A stretch of 64,000 nt of DNA from a virus (taxonomy: Duplodnaviria; Caudoviricetes): the IMG/VR virus record IMGVR_UViG_3300032311_000675, positions 723-64,722 of that record, one strand, 5' to 3'. The notes under the pieces were generated by a model, which did no database searches, was not told the DNA's origin, and saw nothing but the letters and a program-made list of their open reading frames with translations. Positions 28,102-36,575 of the stretch are shown here, piece after piece. The position numbers were made by a program, and so were the translations under genes. Each line of letters begins with the position of its first letter. Within the stretch, counting starts at the first letter, position 1.

Positions 28102-28553
28102 TTTGTGACCTCCTCGGCGGGCTGAAAGAAGGGTTTATTTTTCGCTATGATTTCGGCGAGGATGCCTTCTGAATCTTCCGTTTTCTGCCAGTATTCGTGT
28201 TTGCGGAGCTGGTCGTTGTCCAGTCGCTTCCAATCCTTTTCTCCGTCTGGGGATTGTTCGAGAACGACTGCGTCATTTTCAAACGAAATCCTGTATGTGC
28301 CGTTGTCGTAGTTTTCGCAGTCCAACTGACCAAGGATTCCGACCCCGACGCTGGTTGTGCCTCCGAAGAAGTTCCCGATGATTTGTGCGAGCCTTGCGGT
28401 TGCATAGGTTTCATCGTAGAAACGCACCCCGAAGTGTTTTGCGGTCTCGGCAAACGCCAAGACTGATTCCGCACCGCCGTTCCAATGCAGATAGATTCCG
28501 ACTGAGTTTTCCGTTGGCTTTTTTGCCAATGTGATGACTGCTCTGTTTCCCAT
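28098..28553 (-). CDS. Conserved-type phage hypothetical protein (start revised)
   Basis: MGNRAVIT...IYLHWNGG.ESV...DNGTY; SD AAAGGAGA. Confidence 0.7.
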   Translation of the reverse strand: MGNRAVITLAKKPTENSVGIYLHWNGGAESVLAFAETAKHFGVRFYDETYATARLAQIIGNFFGGTTSVGVGILGQLDCENYDNGTYRISFENDAVVLEQSPDGEKDWKRLDNDQLRKHEYWQKTEDSEGILAEIIAKNKPFFQPAEEVTK

Positions 28554-28638
28554 AATTAGATTCTCCTTTGGTTGAGGTTGCTGTTCATATCTTGGAGTCC
28601 TTGTTTGTTGCGTAAATGTTTCGGGGTGTAAGAGTCTT

Positions 28639-28821
28639 TCAGTTTTTCGCCCAACCCCACGAACACAGCTTTTCCATTTCTGCGTCTGCCACGGCTTGAG
28701 CGTCGGAGGTTGTCGCCCCCAAGGCCTCCAGCTCCAGCACCCGCTTCTGCCACAGCTCGTCGGAACAGAAGCCTTCATTGACAGGGGAGCAGTTGAGATG
28801 GCCGTATGTGCAGGGGTTCAC
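28639..28821 (-). CDS. Hypothetical protein
   Basis: Coupled ORF. Confidence 0.55.
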   Translation of the reverse strand: MNPCTYGHLNCSPVNEGFCSDELWQKRVLELEALGATTSDAQAVADAEMEKLCSWGWAKN

Positions 28822-29162
28822 GCCCGACCCACTTTCTTTAGGTAGGACTTGGCTAGGCAGTCGTGCAGGGTTTCAAGCGTTGTCATAACCTTGGCCGAGT
28901 TGAATTCCTTTTGCCTGTCACACTCTCCGACATAGTCGGCAAGGAGCTGAAAAGTATCAGCCAACAGGCAAAGGTCGGGAGCGTGGATTTCATAATGCCA
29001 CCGCCACTTCTGGTCGGGGGTTGCTCGGTGTTGTGAGTCCTTGGTGAGGTGAGCGAGTAGGGAAACCAGCAAATCCATTTGGTCTACTGATTCCGTGTGA
29101 CGCTCTACATCGCCACAAAGTCCTCGGATAGAAGCCCAAGAGAATTTTGGGGGGTAACTCAT
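28818..29162 (-). CDS. Hypothetical protein
   Basis: Coupled ORF, SD GAGGAGG. Confidence 0.6.
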   Translation of the reverse strand: MSYPPKFSWASIRGLCGDVERHTESVDQMDLLVSLLAHLTKDSQHRATPDQKWRWHYEIHAPDLCLLADTFQLLADYVGECDRQKEFNSAKVMTTLETLHDCLAKSYLKKVGRA

Positions 29163-29278
29163 CTCATCACCTCCTCTAATTGTTCCGCCTTGGTAGGCAT
29201 AAGCTCTGCGATGTCAGTTGTCTTGACCGAGAATACCTCTCGGAAAAGTTGGAATACTAAGTCTTGGTTGTCGTTCAT
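29159..29278 (-). CDS. 39-aa protein (start revised)
   Basis: MNDNQDLVFQLF... begins at motif +1. Confidence 0.5.
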   Translation of the reverse strand: MNDNQDLVFQLFREVFSVKTTDIAELMPTKAEQLEEVMR

Positions 29279-29301
29279 ATCGTGGAGTCCGTTGCCGTTG
29301 C

Positions 29302-29352
29302 AAAAAAAGTTGGCGGGATGGGCAGAACAACAACGAACACCCACCCCGCCAA
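29302..29352 (-). terminator. Intrinsic terminator
   Basis: TTGGCGGGGTGGG...CCCATCCCGCCAA-C-TTTTTTT. Confidence 0.75.
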
Positions 29353-29570
29353 TCAAAAACCCGCACAGGATTAAGGGTTGCATCATCGACCCTACTACTC
29401 TCGCAAAAGTCCAGCCTGTGCTTACTTACGGATCACCATTTTACTGGTGACGGAAAGACCAGCTCGACACCCCGCCCACTCCTTACTGACTTCTGGATTA
29501 AATCCAATCGTCTAGCTGGAGCAACCGACAGGCCGCCACCCTTATCCGCTTAACTTATCTGGGTTTTTGA
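29353..29570 (-). ncRNA. Candidate multi-branched ncRNA (~218 nt)
   Basis: Nested stems TCAAAAACCC/GGGTTTTTGA, GGATAAGGGT/ACCCTTAATCC, CGGCCTGT/ACAGGCTG, CCAGCT/AGCTGG, TGGAT/ATCCA, TCACCA/TGGTGA. Confidence 0.65.
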
Positions 29571-29574
29571 AATC

Positions 29575-29721
29575 CTATAATTTTTCTTCCTTCCCATATC
29601 TTTCAATGAACACATCTGTATCCGAACCCTCGGTATCGTAATCTTTTATTGTTACCTCGATTCCCTTGGGCTTTCGGACTAGGTGAGCGACCCCACCACG
29701 GATTTCGACTAACACCTTCAC
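29575..29721 (-). CDS. 48-aa protein (not in ORF track)
   Basis: MKVLVEIRGGVAHLVRKPKGIEVTIKDYDTEG...; GTGA coupling. Confidence 0.6.
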   Translation of the reverse strand: MKVLVEIRGGVAHLVRKPKGIEVTIKDYDTEGSDTDVFIERYGKEEKL

Positions 29722-29921
29722 AGGGAAAAGCCTTTCTTGGTCTGGGCGACCAAATTGTCCACCAGCTCATTAAACTGGTCTGGGGTCACAGATTCTTTTC
29801 GTGTTGCGGGTTGCCCGCCCCACTCCGCCAGAATCCACAACAGGCTTTCCACTTGGTTAATGTTTAGGGAAAAGCTGAACAGGGAAGGCTTTTCCTCGGT
29901 ATGTGTCGCAAGGGCGATCAT
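29718..29921 (-). CDS. Hypothetical protein
   Basis: Coupled ORF. Confidence 0.6.
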   Translation of the reverse strand: MIALATHTEEKPSLFSFSLNINQVESLLWILAEWGGQPATRKESVTPDQFNELVDNLVAQTKKGFSL

Positions 29922-30169
29922 ACGACCTCCTCAAACTTCACCAGCTTGCAACCCTCTGGGATCGTTTGCTTCTCGCCCTCTTTTGCCCCGCTGATCTGCT
30001 CTAGGACTTGCAAGAGCTTCTCGGTAGAGGGACACCACACGGATTGCCAAGATGAGAGGAATAGGTTGCCAGTTGAAACAAGCCACCCGCTTCCATTGTA
30101 AGCATCCAAATGGTTTTTGGATACTTCGACCATCCGCTCTCCGATTGTCATTTTGTAGACCAAGCTCAT
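29918..30169 (-). CDS. Hypothetical protein
   Basis: Coupled ORF. Confidence 0.6.
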   Translation of the reverse strand: MSLVYKMTIGERMVEVSKNHLDAYNGSGWLVSTGNLFLSSWQSVWCPSTEKLLQVLEQISGAKEGEKQTIPEGCKLVKFEEVV

Positions 30170-30573
30170 TGTCTTGCCTCCAAGGTTCTGACGCTGGAAA
30201 AGAAGATGCGGATGAGAATGTCTGCATCCTCCAAGCCTTGACGCACCGCCAAGCCATCACAGGGAATACTCGAAGCCTTGATAAGCTCCAAAGCCCTGCG
30301 GGTAATCCGAATCTCGGTCAAGCACGCACGGAACTTCTCGGCGAACTCCTTGGCAGAAGGAGAGCCTTCGGCCTCGCCGTGACGGAAATACATCGCCGTG
30401 GCAGAGCGGAGCAACATCTCGGAAAGATGTCCACCAGCCCGATCTTCTGGAAGGGAGGCGGAGATTCCCAGCATATTGCTGGTGAATGTCAGAAGCCTGT
30501 CCTTCAAGTCTGGGGAGCGGTGTGTGGGGGGTTGTGGTTGCGGTTGTGGAGTAGATTTTAGTTTGGTTGTCAT
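30166..30573 (-). CDS. Four-helix-bundle protein (23S rRNA IVP family), start revised
   Basis: DLKDRLLTF...QL/MLLRSAT...HGEA..S.S.KEF..K...CL.E...T...L.LI. Confidence 0.8.
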   Translation of the reverse strand: MTTKLKSTPQPQPQPPTHRSPDLKDRLLTFTSNMLGISASLPEDRAGGHLSEMLLRSATAMYFRHGEAEGSPSAKEFAEKFRACLTEIRITRRALELIKASSIPCDGLAVRQGLEDADILIRIFFSSVRTLEARQ

Positions 30574-30595
30574 AGGTTGTAGTCCTTTCGTGTTG

Positions 30596-31162
30596 CTAGT
30601 TTTTCTTTGTGTAAGCGTGAGCCTCAACCTCATCGTATTCCTCAAGGGTCGAGCTGATGCCCAGCTCCTCGTCCAGCTCCTCTGGGGTCTCTTCCTTTTT
30701 GGTGTAGTAGTTGTCGAGGGGAGTATCTCCGTTGGCGTAGAAGTAGGTCTCGCCCCAGAATCCAAAGCCCTCGTCAAGGTAGGTCATACGGATGTCGGCC
30801 TTGATGAGCTTCGCCAGCTTCTCAATGACAGGGCAGGGAGGCGTCCAAGCAGTTTGGAGGCTGATGGAATCTCCGTCGAAGTCCACGGAGTAGCTGTTCC
30901 ACTTCGTCCCCCAGTTTGCGACACACCATTCATACCAAGTCGGGAATCCATATTTTGCTTTGTTGGCATCGTATTGAGCTTGGCGGGTGCGACCTTCCTC
31001 CGTGTTGAGATCCACCGACCCAGAAGTGATGTTCAACTCCTTGGGCATCGGGATGATCTTGTTGAAGTCGAGGAACACCGAGCCTTCGGATGACAGGTAT
31101 TCTTTGACCAGCTTCCGTGCATTGGAAGGGAAGTAGAGTCTGACGCTAGTATGGTTGGGCAT
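30596..31162 (-). CDS. DUF1281/YubB ferredoxin-like protein
   Basis: MPNH...DFNKIIPMP...WYEWCVANWGTKWN...TAWTPP...YLDEG. Confidence 0.8.
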   Translation of the reverse strand: MPNHTSVRLYFPSNARKLVKEYLSSEGSVFLDFNKIIPMPKELNITSGSVDLNTEEGRTRQAQYDANKAKYGFPTWYEWCVANWGTKWNSYSVDFDGDSISLQTAWTPPCPVIEKLAKLIKADIRMTYLDEGFGFWGETYFYANGDTPLDNYYTKKEETPEELDEELGISSTLEEYDEVEAHAYTKKN

Positions 31163-31210
31163 TTGTTTTTCTCCTTTGGTTGGTTGTTATCGTGGAGTCC
31201 TCTGGTGTTG

Positions 31211-31306
31211 CTAACTTTTCCAAACAATCCACCCATAAAAGCAAAGGATGAACAGGGATAACCCTATGAAGAACCATTCTTCGTTGGGGGTAAGGGTGGC
31301 GATCAT
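31211..31306 (-). CDS. 31-aa single-TM protein (not in ORF track)
   Basis: MIATLTPNEEWFFIGLSLFILCFYGWIVWKS; ATGA coupling. Confidence 0.5.
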   Translation of the reverse strand: MIATLTPNEEWFFIGLSLFILCFYGWIVWKS

Positions 31307-31503
31307 TTGGCCTCGGCCTCGGTGAGCTTATTGACGAACTGAAAATCCTTGTAATACACACGCCACTCATCCAAGGCGTGTTCTATATTGACCCATTTCA
31401 TATAGCTTTTTCTGTCGCCCCTTTGGACATAGCCACATACAGCCTCTGGGTGTATTCGGGTGCGAGTCCAGCGATTCACGACTACTTTCCATTTTAAGAT
31501 CAT
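31303..31503 (-). CDS. Hypothetical protein
   Basis: Coupled ORF. Confidence 0.6.
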   Translation of the reverse strand: MILKWKVVVNRWTRTRIHPEAVCGYVQRGDRKSYMKWVNIEHALDEWRVYYKDFQFVNKLTEAEAK

Positions 31504-32084
31504 ATAAACCTATCCTTTGCCCAAAATCTGCATTCCGCATCGGGCGAGCGGGTTTGTGTTTCATATTTGGAAAGGGGGTGTTTGCAGACCACTCCCTCCC
31601 AGACCACTTCTTTTCTCAAAGCATTGACCGCCTTCATCGTCTCAATCGCTTGGACGGCCTCGGACTGCGTGAAGCTCGGTAGGCGGAGGAAACGACCTTT
31701 GGGAATGTCATCCCAAGGACACTCCAGAAGCACAGAGAGCCAGTCTCTGCGTTCGGCGTAAGTCCCATCGCCCACGACATCTAACAAGAGGACTGACCCA
31801 GCTCCTGTCTTGGTGCGTCGGCCAAGCAACTCGCAATCCAGCCAACGCACAGCTCCGAAGTTGTATCCGTCACCCCGAACGACTGACATCACTTGGGAGG
31901 CCATCGAGAAAGGTTTGCCGTGTCTTGACCACACGACCCCATCTTGAAGATCGACCAAGCAACGCCAGCCGTTTGCCTTGCCCTCGAAAGCCCAGTTTGA
32001 AAAGGCTTTGTTCTGACTTGCCCCTCTGCAACTGAATGGTCGCAGGGGGTAAGTCAAAAAGGGCATACGCCTCTCAAGCAACAT
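31500..32084 (-). CDS. Minimal ATP-dependent ligase-like nucleotidyltransferase (adenylation domain only)
   Basis: Motif I EGKANGWR, LDCEL, LLDV, EGVVCK, WAK; no OB domain. Confidence 0.8.
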   Translation of the reverse strand: MLLERRMPFLTYPLRPFSCRGASQNKAFSNWAFEGKANGWRCLVDLQDGVVWSRHGKPFSMASQVMSVVRGDGYNFGAVRWLDCELLGRRTKTGAGSVLLLDVVGDGTYAERRDWLSVLLECPWDDIPKGRFLRLPSFTQSEAVQAIETMKAVNALRKEVVWEGVVCKHPLSKYETQTRSPDAECRFWAKDRFI

Positions 32085-32664
32085 AGATCCTCGCAGGGCA
32101 TACGGCCTGTAACGCCATATTCTGTTCGGGGGTGAGGAGCTTGTGACGCTCGGTGTGGAACTGCTCGGTAGGGAGAAGCCCAGCCTTGATCGTCACCGCC
32201 TCGCCAGCACCGCACTTGGCGACCAGATCCCGAAGGCCATCGACAAAGGCTTGAGCGTGGGTTGCGGGAATCTTCGCACCCTCGACCTTGAAGTCGAAGG
32301 TCTGACGGAATCCCTTCTGGGCAATTTGCTCGCCAACGATGGAGACGAGGGGAGCAGTATCCGTCACCACAGGATAGATCCTCGCACAAGTGATGCGGGC
32401 GATGACATTGTCACCGAGCATCTCTGCCGTTGAGGCGGGCTCTTGGCCTTGGGATGCCCGCTGATTGTTGAGCTTCCAGAACTCTTGGGAAGCGTGTTCA
32501 AGGAGAATACCCTTGGTTGCCTTGAGGACTCCCTCGGCACTCTCAAAGGAGGCCTTGGCTTCCACAAAGCTAGTCACCGCCTCCGCAGGGCAGGGGATGA
32601 TAGGCTTCTCGGTTTTCTTCTTCTTTTCCGTCGTCGTAGTGAATCCAGCTAGGTTGATGTTCAT
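32074..32664 (-). CDS. Hypothetical protein (start revised)
   Basis: MNINLAGF begins at motif +1. Confidence 0.7.
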   Translation of the reverse strand: MNINLAGFTTTTEKKKKTEKPIIPCPAEAVTSFVEAKASFESAEGVLKATKGILLEHASQEFWKLNNQRASQGQEPASTAEMLGDNVIARITCARIYPVVTDTAPLVSIVGEQIAQKGFRQTFDFKVEGAKIPATHAQAFVDGLRDLVAKCGAGEAVTIKAGLLPTEQFHTERHKLLTPEQNMALQAVCPARIYVA

Positions 32665-32689
32665 AAGGTGTAGTCCTTTGGTGTTTCGA

Positions 32690-33085
32690 TTATTCGTCGT
32701 CCGAATAGTCTGTATTGATTGTGATGACTCCGAAGTGGAGAACTCCGTCATCGTTCCAGCACAGGGTTGGGGATTTGAACTCAACCTCCCTGTTGCCGTG
32801 GTCGGGCTGGCCTCCGTAAGCCACAGGGACAAGCCCGATCAACCCAGCATCGACCCCATATTTTCTGCCACCCTTGTCGTAATAAACGCCGTCTCCGTGT
32901 TTTGTGCCAAAGGCAAGGATCTGGTATCCGCCGACCTCGCCCACAGGGTTGCGGAAGTAATCGCAGTTTTCGAGCAGGGGGATCCAGTCATCATCACGGA
33001 TGACATAACAAGGGTCACCCAAGTAATAGCGACCAGCGGGAATAGTAACTTCAAAGGAGGTTTTTGTTTTTATGATTGTTTTCAT
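32690..33085 (-). CDS. Conserved-type phage protein (DUF4241-like)
   Basis: YYLGDPCYV...TKHGDGVY...VDAGLIGLVP. Confidence 0.7.
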   Translation of the reverse strand: MKTIIKTKTSFEVTIPAGRYYLGDPCYVIRDDDWIPLLENCDYFRNPVGEVGGYQILAFGTKHGDGVYYDKGGRKYGVDAGLIGLVPVAYGGQPDHGNREVEFKSPTLCWNDDGVLHFGVITINTDYSDDE

Positions 33086-33118
33086 ATCTGGGAGTCCTTT
33101 GGTGTGGCTACATTCGGG

Positions 33119-33388
33119 CTACAGGATCTCCTCGGCCTCTAGGATTTTAGATGGCGTGAGGATGACCTTCCAGCGGGGGTCTTTTTTGTATTCGTAACAG
33201 GGGCGGAGGGTTTGGCCGTGGCCTTTGAGTCCCAGCCAGCGGGCAGGGGAATAGGCTACATAGTCTCCGTTAGGTAAGACCTCCTCGATCTTGTAGAAAA
33301 AGACCGCACCCTTGTCGTCCGTGATCCTGTATTCGACCCCGCATTTTAGGATCAAGCCCAGGAGAAGTGTTTGAAGGAGTAGCTTCAT
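33119..33388 (-). CDS. Small protein with hydrophobic N-terminus, paralog of the next gene
   Basis: GVEYRIT...FYKIEEVLPNGDYV. Confidence 0.6.
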   Translation of the reverse strand: MKLLLQTLLLGLILKCGVEYRITDDKGAVFFYKIEEVLPNGDYVAYSPARWLGLKGHGQTLRPCYEYKKDPRWKVILTPSKILEAEEIL

Positions 33389-33714
33389 TGAACTTCTGGT
33401 AGCTCTGATTCTGGAATCCAAGTCTTGTTAAGCCTGTTCCAAGAAGTGTCCTCGGCGGCCTTCGGTGGACGGATGAGCTTGGCCTCAGATATGTCGAGGG
33501 CAGATATAACGACCCAGCCCTTGTCCCAAATGATGATTGGAATATGGCCGTTATTATACCCAACGATCTTTTTTGGGCGACGAACGACATAGTCTCCGTC
33601 TGGGGTGACTCCCTCAACCTTGCAGAAGGTAGACCTACCAGAAGTGTGGGTGATCTTATACTCGCCACCGATGGCAAGGATGATGGCTAGGAACAAGGGG
33701 AATAGGCGGTTCAC
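33385..33714 (-). CDS. Small protein with hydrophobic N-terminus
   Basis: GGEYKIT...FCKVEGVTPDGDYV. Confidence 0.6.
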   Translation of the reverse strand: MNRLFPLFLAIILAIGGEYKITHTSGRSTFCKVEGVTPDGDYVVRRPKKIVGYNNGHIPIIIWDKGWVVISALDISEAKLIRPPKAAEDTSWNRLNKTWIPESELPEVQ

Positions 33715-34007
33715 GCCAGATCCCTCATCGTTACGACGCTTTCCGCATCGTTGTAGTCACGAGGCTCGTGGGGATCATTGACCCGCTGTTTGAACAGGTA
33801 CTCCCATCTGACGCCGTCGCCTTCCTCGCCTGTTTCCGTGGAGTAAATGTCGCTCTCCTCGGCAAAGTAGGCGTAATGATATTTCTTGTGGTTGTTGGGG
33901 AACATTTGACGGATGCCACGCTCGAGGATTTGGCGAACAGCCTCCCTGTCGTGCTTGGCGTCAATGGTTAGGCTTACATCTATTTGGAGTCTTACTTCTT
34001 GTTTCAT
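33711..34007 (-). CDS. Hypothetical protein (start revised)
   Basis: MKQEVRLQ begins at motif +1. Confidence 0.6.
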   Translation of the reverse strand: MKQEVRLQIDVSLTIDAKHDREAVRQILERGIRQMFPNNHKKYHYAYFAEESDIYSTETGEEGDGVRWEYLFKQRVNDPHEPRDYNDAESVVTMRDLA

Positions 34008-34282
34008 TATATGGTGTCCTTTGGTGTGGCTATTTTTCGGTACTTTTTGCCAAAAGCTTTGTCCAAGGCTTTCTTTACGCACTCGTTTCTGGAGAAGCCG
34101 ACATTTTCCAAGGGGAACGAGTCGGAAATTGCGTCACCTTTGGTTTCGTTGAACCAATGACGCACTCCGCCTTCAATGTCGGCAAGCAATTCGCAAGCCT
34201 GTTTTTGAGACAAGGTGTTGCCGTGGCGAACTGCGATGTCTTGGACATCTTCCCAAGTGATTTCAAACTTGATGCTGGTCAT
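34007..34282 (-). CDS. Hypothetical protein
   Basis: Coupled ORF. Confidence 0.6.
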   Translation of the reverse strand: MTSIKFEITWEDVQDIAVRHGNTLSQKQACELLADIEGGVRHWFNETKGDAISDSFPLENVGFSRNECVKKALDKAFGKKYRKIATPKDTI

Positions 34283-34551
34283 TTGGCCGTCCCCACAACT
34301 CTGAAGGGTTCTCCACAGACCTCGATAGTGTGGCCGTCCTGTCCGTCATCTACCTCGCCAAGCCGACTGCCGTGAAGCAATCGGTTGAGGAGTTTGACGA
34401 GGTTCGGGGACATAAATCCGTACTCCACAGGCTGGTGAAGGCCGTCGGCCAGCTTTCCGCTGTCGTGGATATCCACCCACACCACCTTGTCGGTTGGGGA
34501 AGCGGGGGGTTGGTAGTTGGGTTTTAGTTTGGTTCGGTTTTTGGTTTTCAT
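34279..34551 (-). CDS. Hypothetical protein
   Basis: ORF in the operon. Confidence 0.6.
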   Translation of the reverse strand: MKTKNRTKLKPNYQPPASPTDKVVWVDIHDSGKLADGLHQPVEYGFMSPNLVKLLNRLLHGSRLGEVDDGQDGHTIEVCGEPFRVVGTAK

Positions 34552-34573
34552 TTGGTTTTCTTTCTTTCTTTGG

Positions 34574-34810
34574 TTAGGTGTGATTTCTGTTTGCAGTGAT
34601 GTCTAAATGCCCAGCTCCGTTGCCCTCGGGGTCACGCATAATCCAAGCCGTGCGAATTGTTCCGTCCTTGGCTCGGAATACCAATCCGTACTCCTCGTCC
34701 CGATGATCCGTGTCGGTGTTTTTCACAATGTCTACGCATGTAGACTTTAGGAGTTGGCCTAGGTACTTGAATGCCCAGTCGGGCTTGTTGGTGTCGGTTA
34801 GGAATATCAT
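34574..34810 (-). CDS. Hypothetical protein (start revised)
   Basis: Begins at motif +1; WIMRDPEGNGAGHLDI tail. Confidence 0.65.
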   Translation of the reverse strand: MIFLTDTNKPDWAFKYLGQLLKSTCVDIVKNTDTDHRDEEYGLVFRAKDGTIRTAWIMRDPEGNGAGHLDITANRNHT

Positions 34811-34832
34811 ATACTGGAGTCCTTTCGTGTTC

Positions 34833-35180
34833 CTAAAATTGCATTTCGGGAAACAATTCGTTCTGTTTGCCATGCCCAGAAAGGTATTTGCGTCCTTGGC
34901 GAACAAATGCCCAAGGATCGTCTACTGGATAGCCAGTCCTCGGGTTTTCGGTGAAAGGTTCTCCAGTAAACAGGGAATGGGCAGAGTCTTTACCCTTCTT
35001 CCCGATGGCTCGGTAATACGAGTGTTCCATAAGGTATTTTGTGAACTGACCAGTAAGCGGGTTGTACCAGTAGCAACGCCATAGCCCGCCACGATTTTTG
35101 ATTCGTCTGGTGACCATCAGCCAAGGGCTGTTCTTCCACGCCTTGAACTTGTGACGGCCTTGAGTGATGTGCTTGTTCAC
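34833..35180 (-). CDS. Hypothetical basic protein (start revised)
   Basis: GTGA coupling to the methyltransferase stop. Confidence 0.55.
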   Translation of the reverse strand: MNKHITQGRHKFKAWKNSPWLMVTRRIKNRGGLWRCYWYNPLTGQFTKYLMEHSYYRAIGKKGKDSAHSLFTGEPFTENPRTGYPVDDPWAFVRQGRKYLSGHGKQNELFPEMQF

Positions 35181-35776
35181 GGATTGGCCTCGAAGAAGGC
35201 TTGAGCAAACCCAGCAGGGGTGAGTGATCGCAGTTCCTTGGTCTTCTCGCTGTTGCCACCCAGCTTTGCCCACATCCAAGAACCCTTCTGCCCCTTGGAG
35301 TTGGTATACATAATCGGTCGTACGGGATTGCGTACAGGAGGCATCTTGAACTTGCCCCAGAGACCAGTTTTCTTGGTGTAAGGATCGCCGTACTGCCAAG
35401 GCTGGAAGTAGGTCGGGCCGAAGTATTCCATTTCTGGATACAGGCTGTTGATGCGACCCACAGGATTCTCGATGACCCACCACTTGGGATCTGTCTTCTG
35501 GATAATCCACATTGTTTTGTGGAGTAGCTTCAACCCCTCGGAGGTGCGTCCGTCCTTATCCTTGGCGGAGAAGTGCCTAGCCCCAGAGACGCAGAAGTGT
35601 GTGCAGGGCGGGGCGGCCAAGATGCCGTGGATCTTTCCAGCCTTATCCAGCCAAGCCTCGGTGATGTCTAAAACATCGTCGCCGTGCTTGATGTCTACTT
35701 GGATAGTTTTGTAGCCAGCCTCGTGATAAGGCCGTGACCACGCACCAGAGTAGTCGAATAGTGACAGGATCGTCAC
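35177..35776 (-). CDS. Short C5-cytosine DNA methyltransferase-like protein
   Basis: ILSLFDYSG, ILAAPPCTHF (catalytic PC), WVIENP, KKTGLWG. Confidence 0.85.
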   Translation of the reverse strand: MTILSLFDYSGAWSRPYHEAGYKTIQVDIKHGDDVLDITEAWLDKAGKIHGILAAPPCTHFCVSGARHFSAKDKDGRTSEGLKLLHKTMWIIQKTDPKWWVIENPVGRINSLYPEMEYFGPTYFQPWQYGDPYTKKTGLWGKFKMPPVRNPVRPIMYTNSKGQKGSWMWAKLGGNSEKTKELRSLTPAGFAQAFFEANP

Positions 35777-36108
35777 CGACAGCCCGCCCCAGTAATACGG
35801 ATTTCGCTTTTGGAGTACTTGACCTCAACAACAGGGGTTTGCGGGGAACACTTGGAGATCTGTTCCGCAAAAGTGCTAGTTACTACACCACCGCTGATGT
35901 CGATGATCGGCTTGTCGCCTTTGCCAGAGACCTTGTATTTCCCCTTGGGGTTGGCGGTAAGCTCAATGACATTTTGGGTGAGGCTGGCGTATCGGTCATA
36001 CCGAGTGCCGACCTCGAACCCCGCCTCCACGAGGCGTTTGCCTTCCAGCCAGATACGGCTCGTTCCCTTGCCGTGGTTAGTTCCGATTATGGTTAGTTGT
36101 GTTTTCAT
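35773..36108 (-). CDS. AbrB/SymE-fold-like protein
   Basis: RIWLEGKRLVEAGFEVG resembles the SymE core. Confidence 0.55.
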   Translation of the reverse strand: MKTQLTIIGTNHGKGTSRIWLEGKRLVEAGFEVGTRYDRYASLTQNVIELTANPKGKYKVSGKGDKPIIDISGGVVTSTFAEQISKCSPQTPVVEVKYSKSEIRITGAGCR

Positions 36109-36136
36109 GAGTTGGAGTCCTCTGGTGTTGCCAAAA

Positions 36137-36484
36137 TCAAGGGAAGGGAACCCAGTCCTCGGGGAAGTCGGTTCGCAGATCCCTCTTGCGCTTGGCCTCG
36201 TCGGCCTGTGCCGTCTCTTTGTCTCGGCGTTTCCTGTGACGCCCTTGAGGAACGTGGCCTTTGGCTGGGTTGAGGTTGGTGATGGCCTTCTCCTTGTTGA
36301 CCCAGATCAAGGTCTCGTGGACTGGGTCGTAAGAGATGACCTCGCCTTCGGAAGCCCAGAGCTTGATGTAGTCCAAGTAGGACTGAGCCTCCTTGAGGTC
36401 GGGGAAGGGGATGGAATAGCCGTCAATCCAGACGTTCCATCTGTTTGCGATATACTTGAGCTTATGTATTCCAACCTGGGCCAT
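36137..36484 (-). CDS. Hypothetical protein
   Basis: Begins at motif +1. Confidence 0.6.
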   Translation of the reverse strand: MAQVGIHKLKYIANRWNVWIDGYSIPFPDLKEAQSYLDYIKLWASEGEVISYDPVHETLIWVNKEKAITNLNPAKGHVPQGRHRKRRDKETAQADEAKRKRDLRTDFPEDWVPFP

Positions 36485-36514
36485 AGGCTGGAGTCCGCAT
36501 CTGTTGTAAAAGCT

Positions 36515-36525
36515 ATGCGTCGCCT
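36515..36525. promoter_or_regulatory. Late-type palindrome ATGCGTCGCCT
   Basis: Centre 36520 is 56 bp upstream of ATG 36576; TTGGCT at -35. Confidence 0.65.
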
Positions 36526-36575
36526 ACACGCAGAAACCTTTTGGCTTACTTGGGGGAATAGTCACATTTCGACCT

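Noticed and set aside
29353-29570. Retron msr-msd or MITE
   Set aside because: No RT or transposase nearby and no convincing target-site duplication; kept only as an ncRNA candidate
30166-30573. Four-helix-bundle gene as the Avd of a diversity-generating retroelement
   Set aside because: No reverse transcriptase and no TR/VR pair are visible in the window
36109-36132. Early motif as a sigma54 or T7-type promoter (GG-N10-GG; GACTC at -11..-7)
   Set aside because: The invariant sigma54 GC at -12 is absent and the upstream GG is not conserved. No single-subunit RNAP is seen and the T7 upstream AT box is missing.
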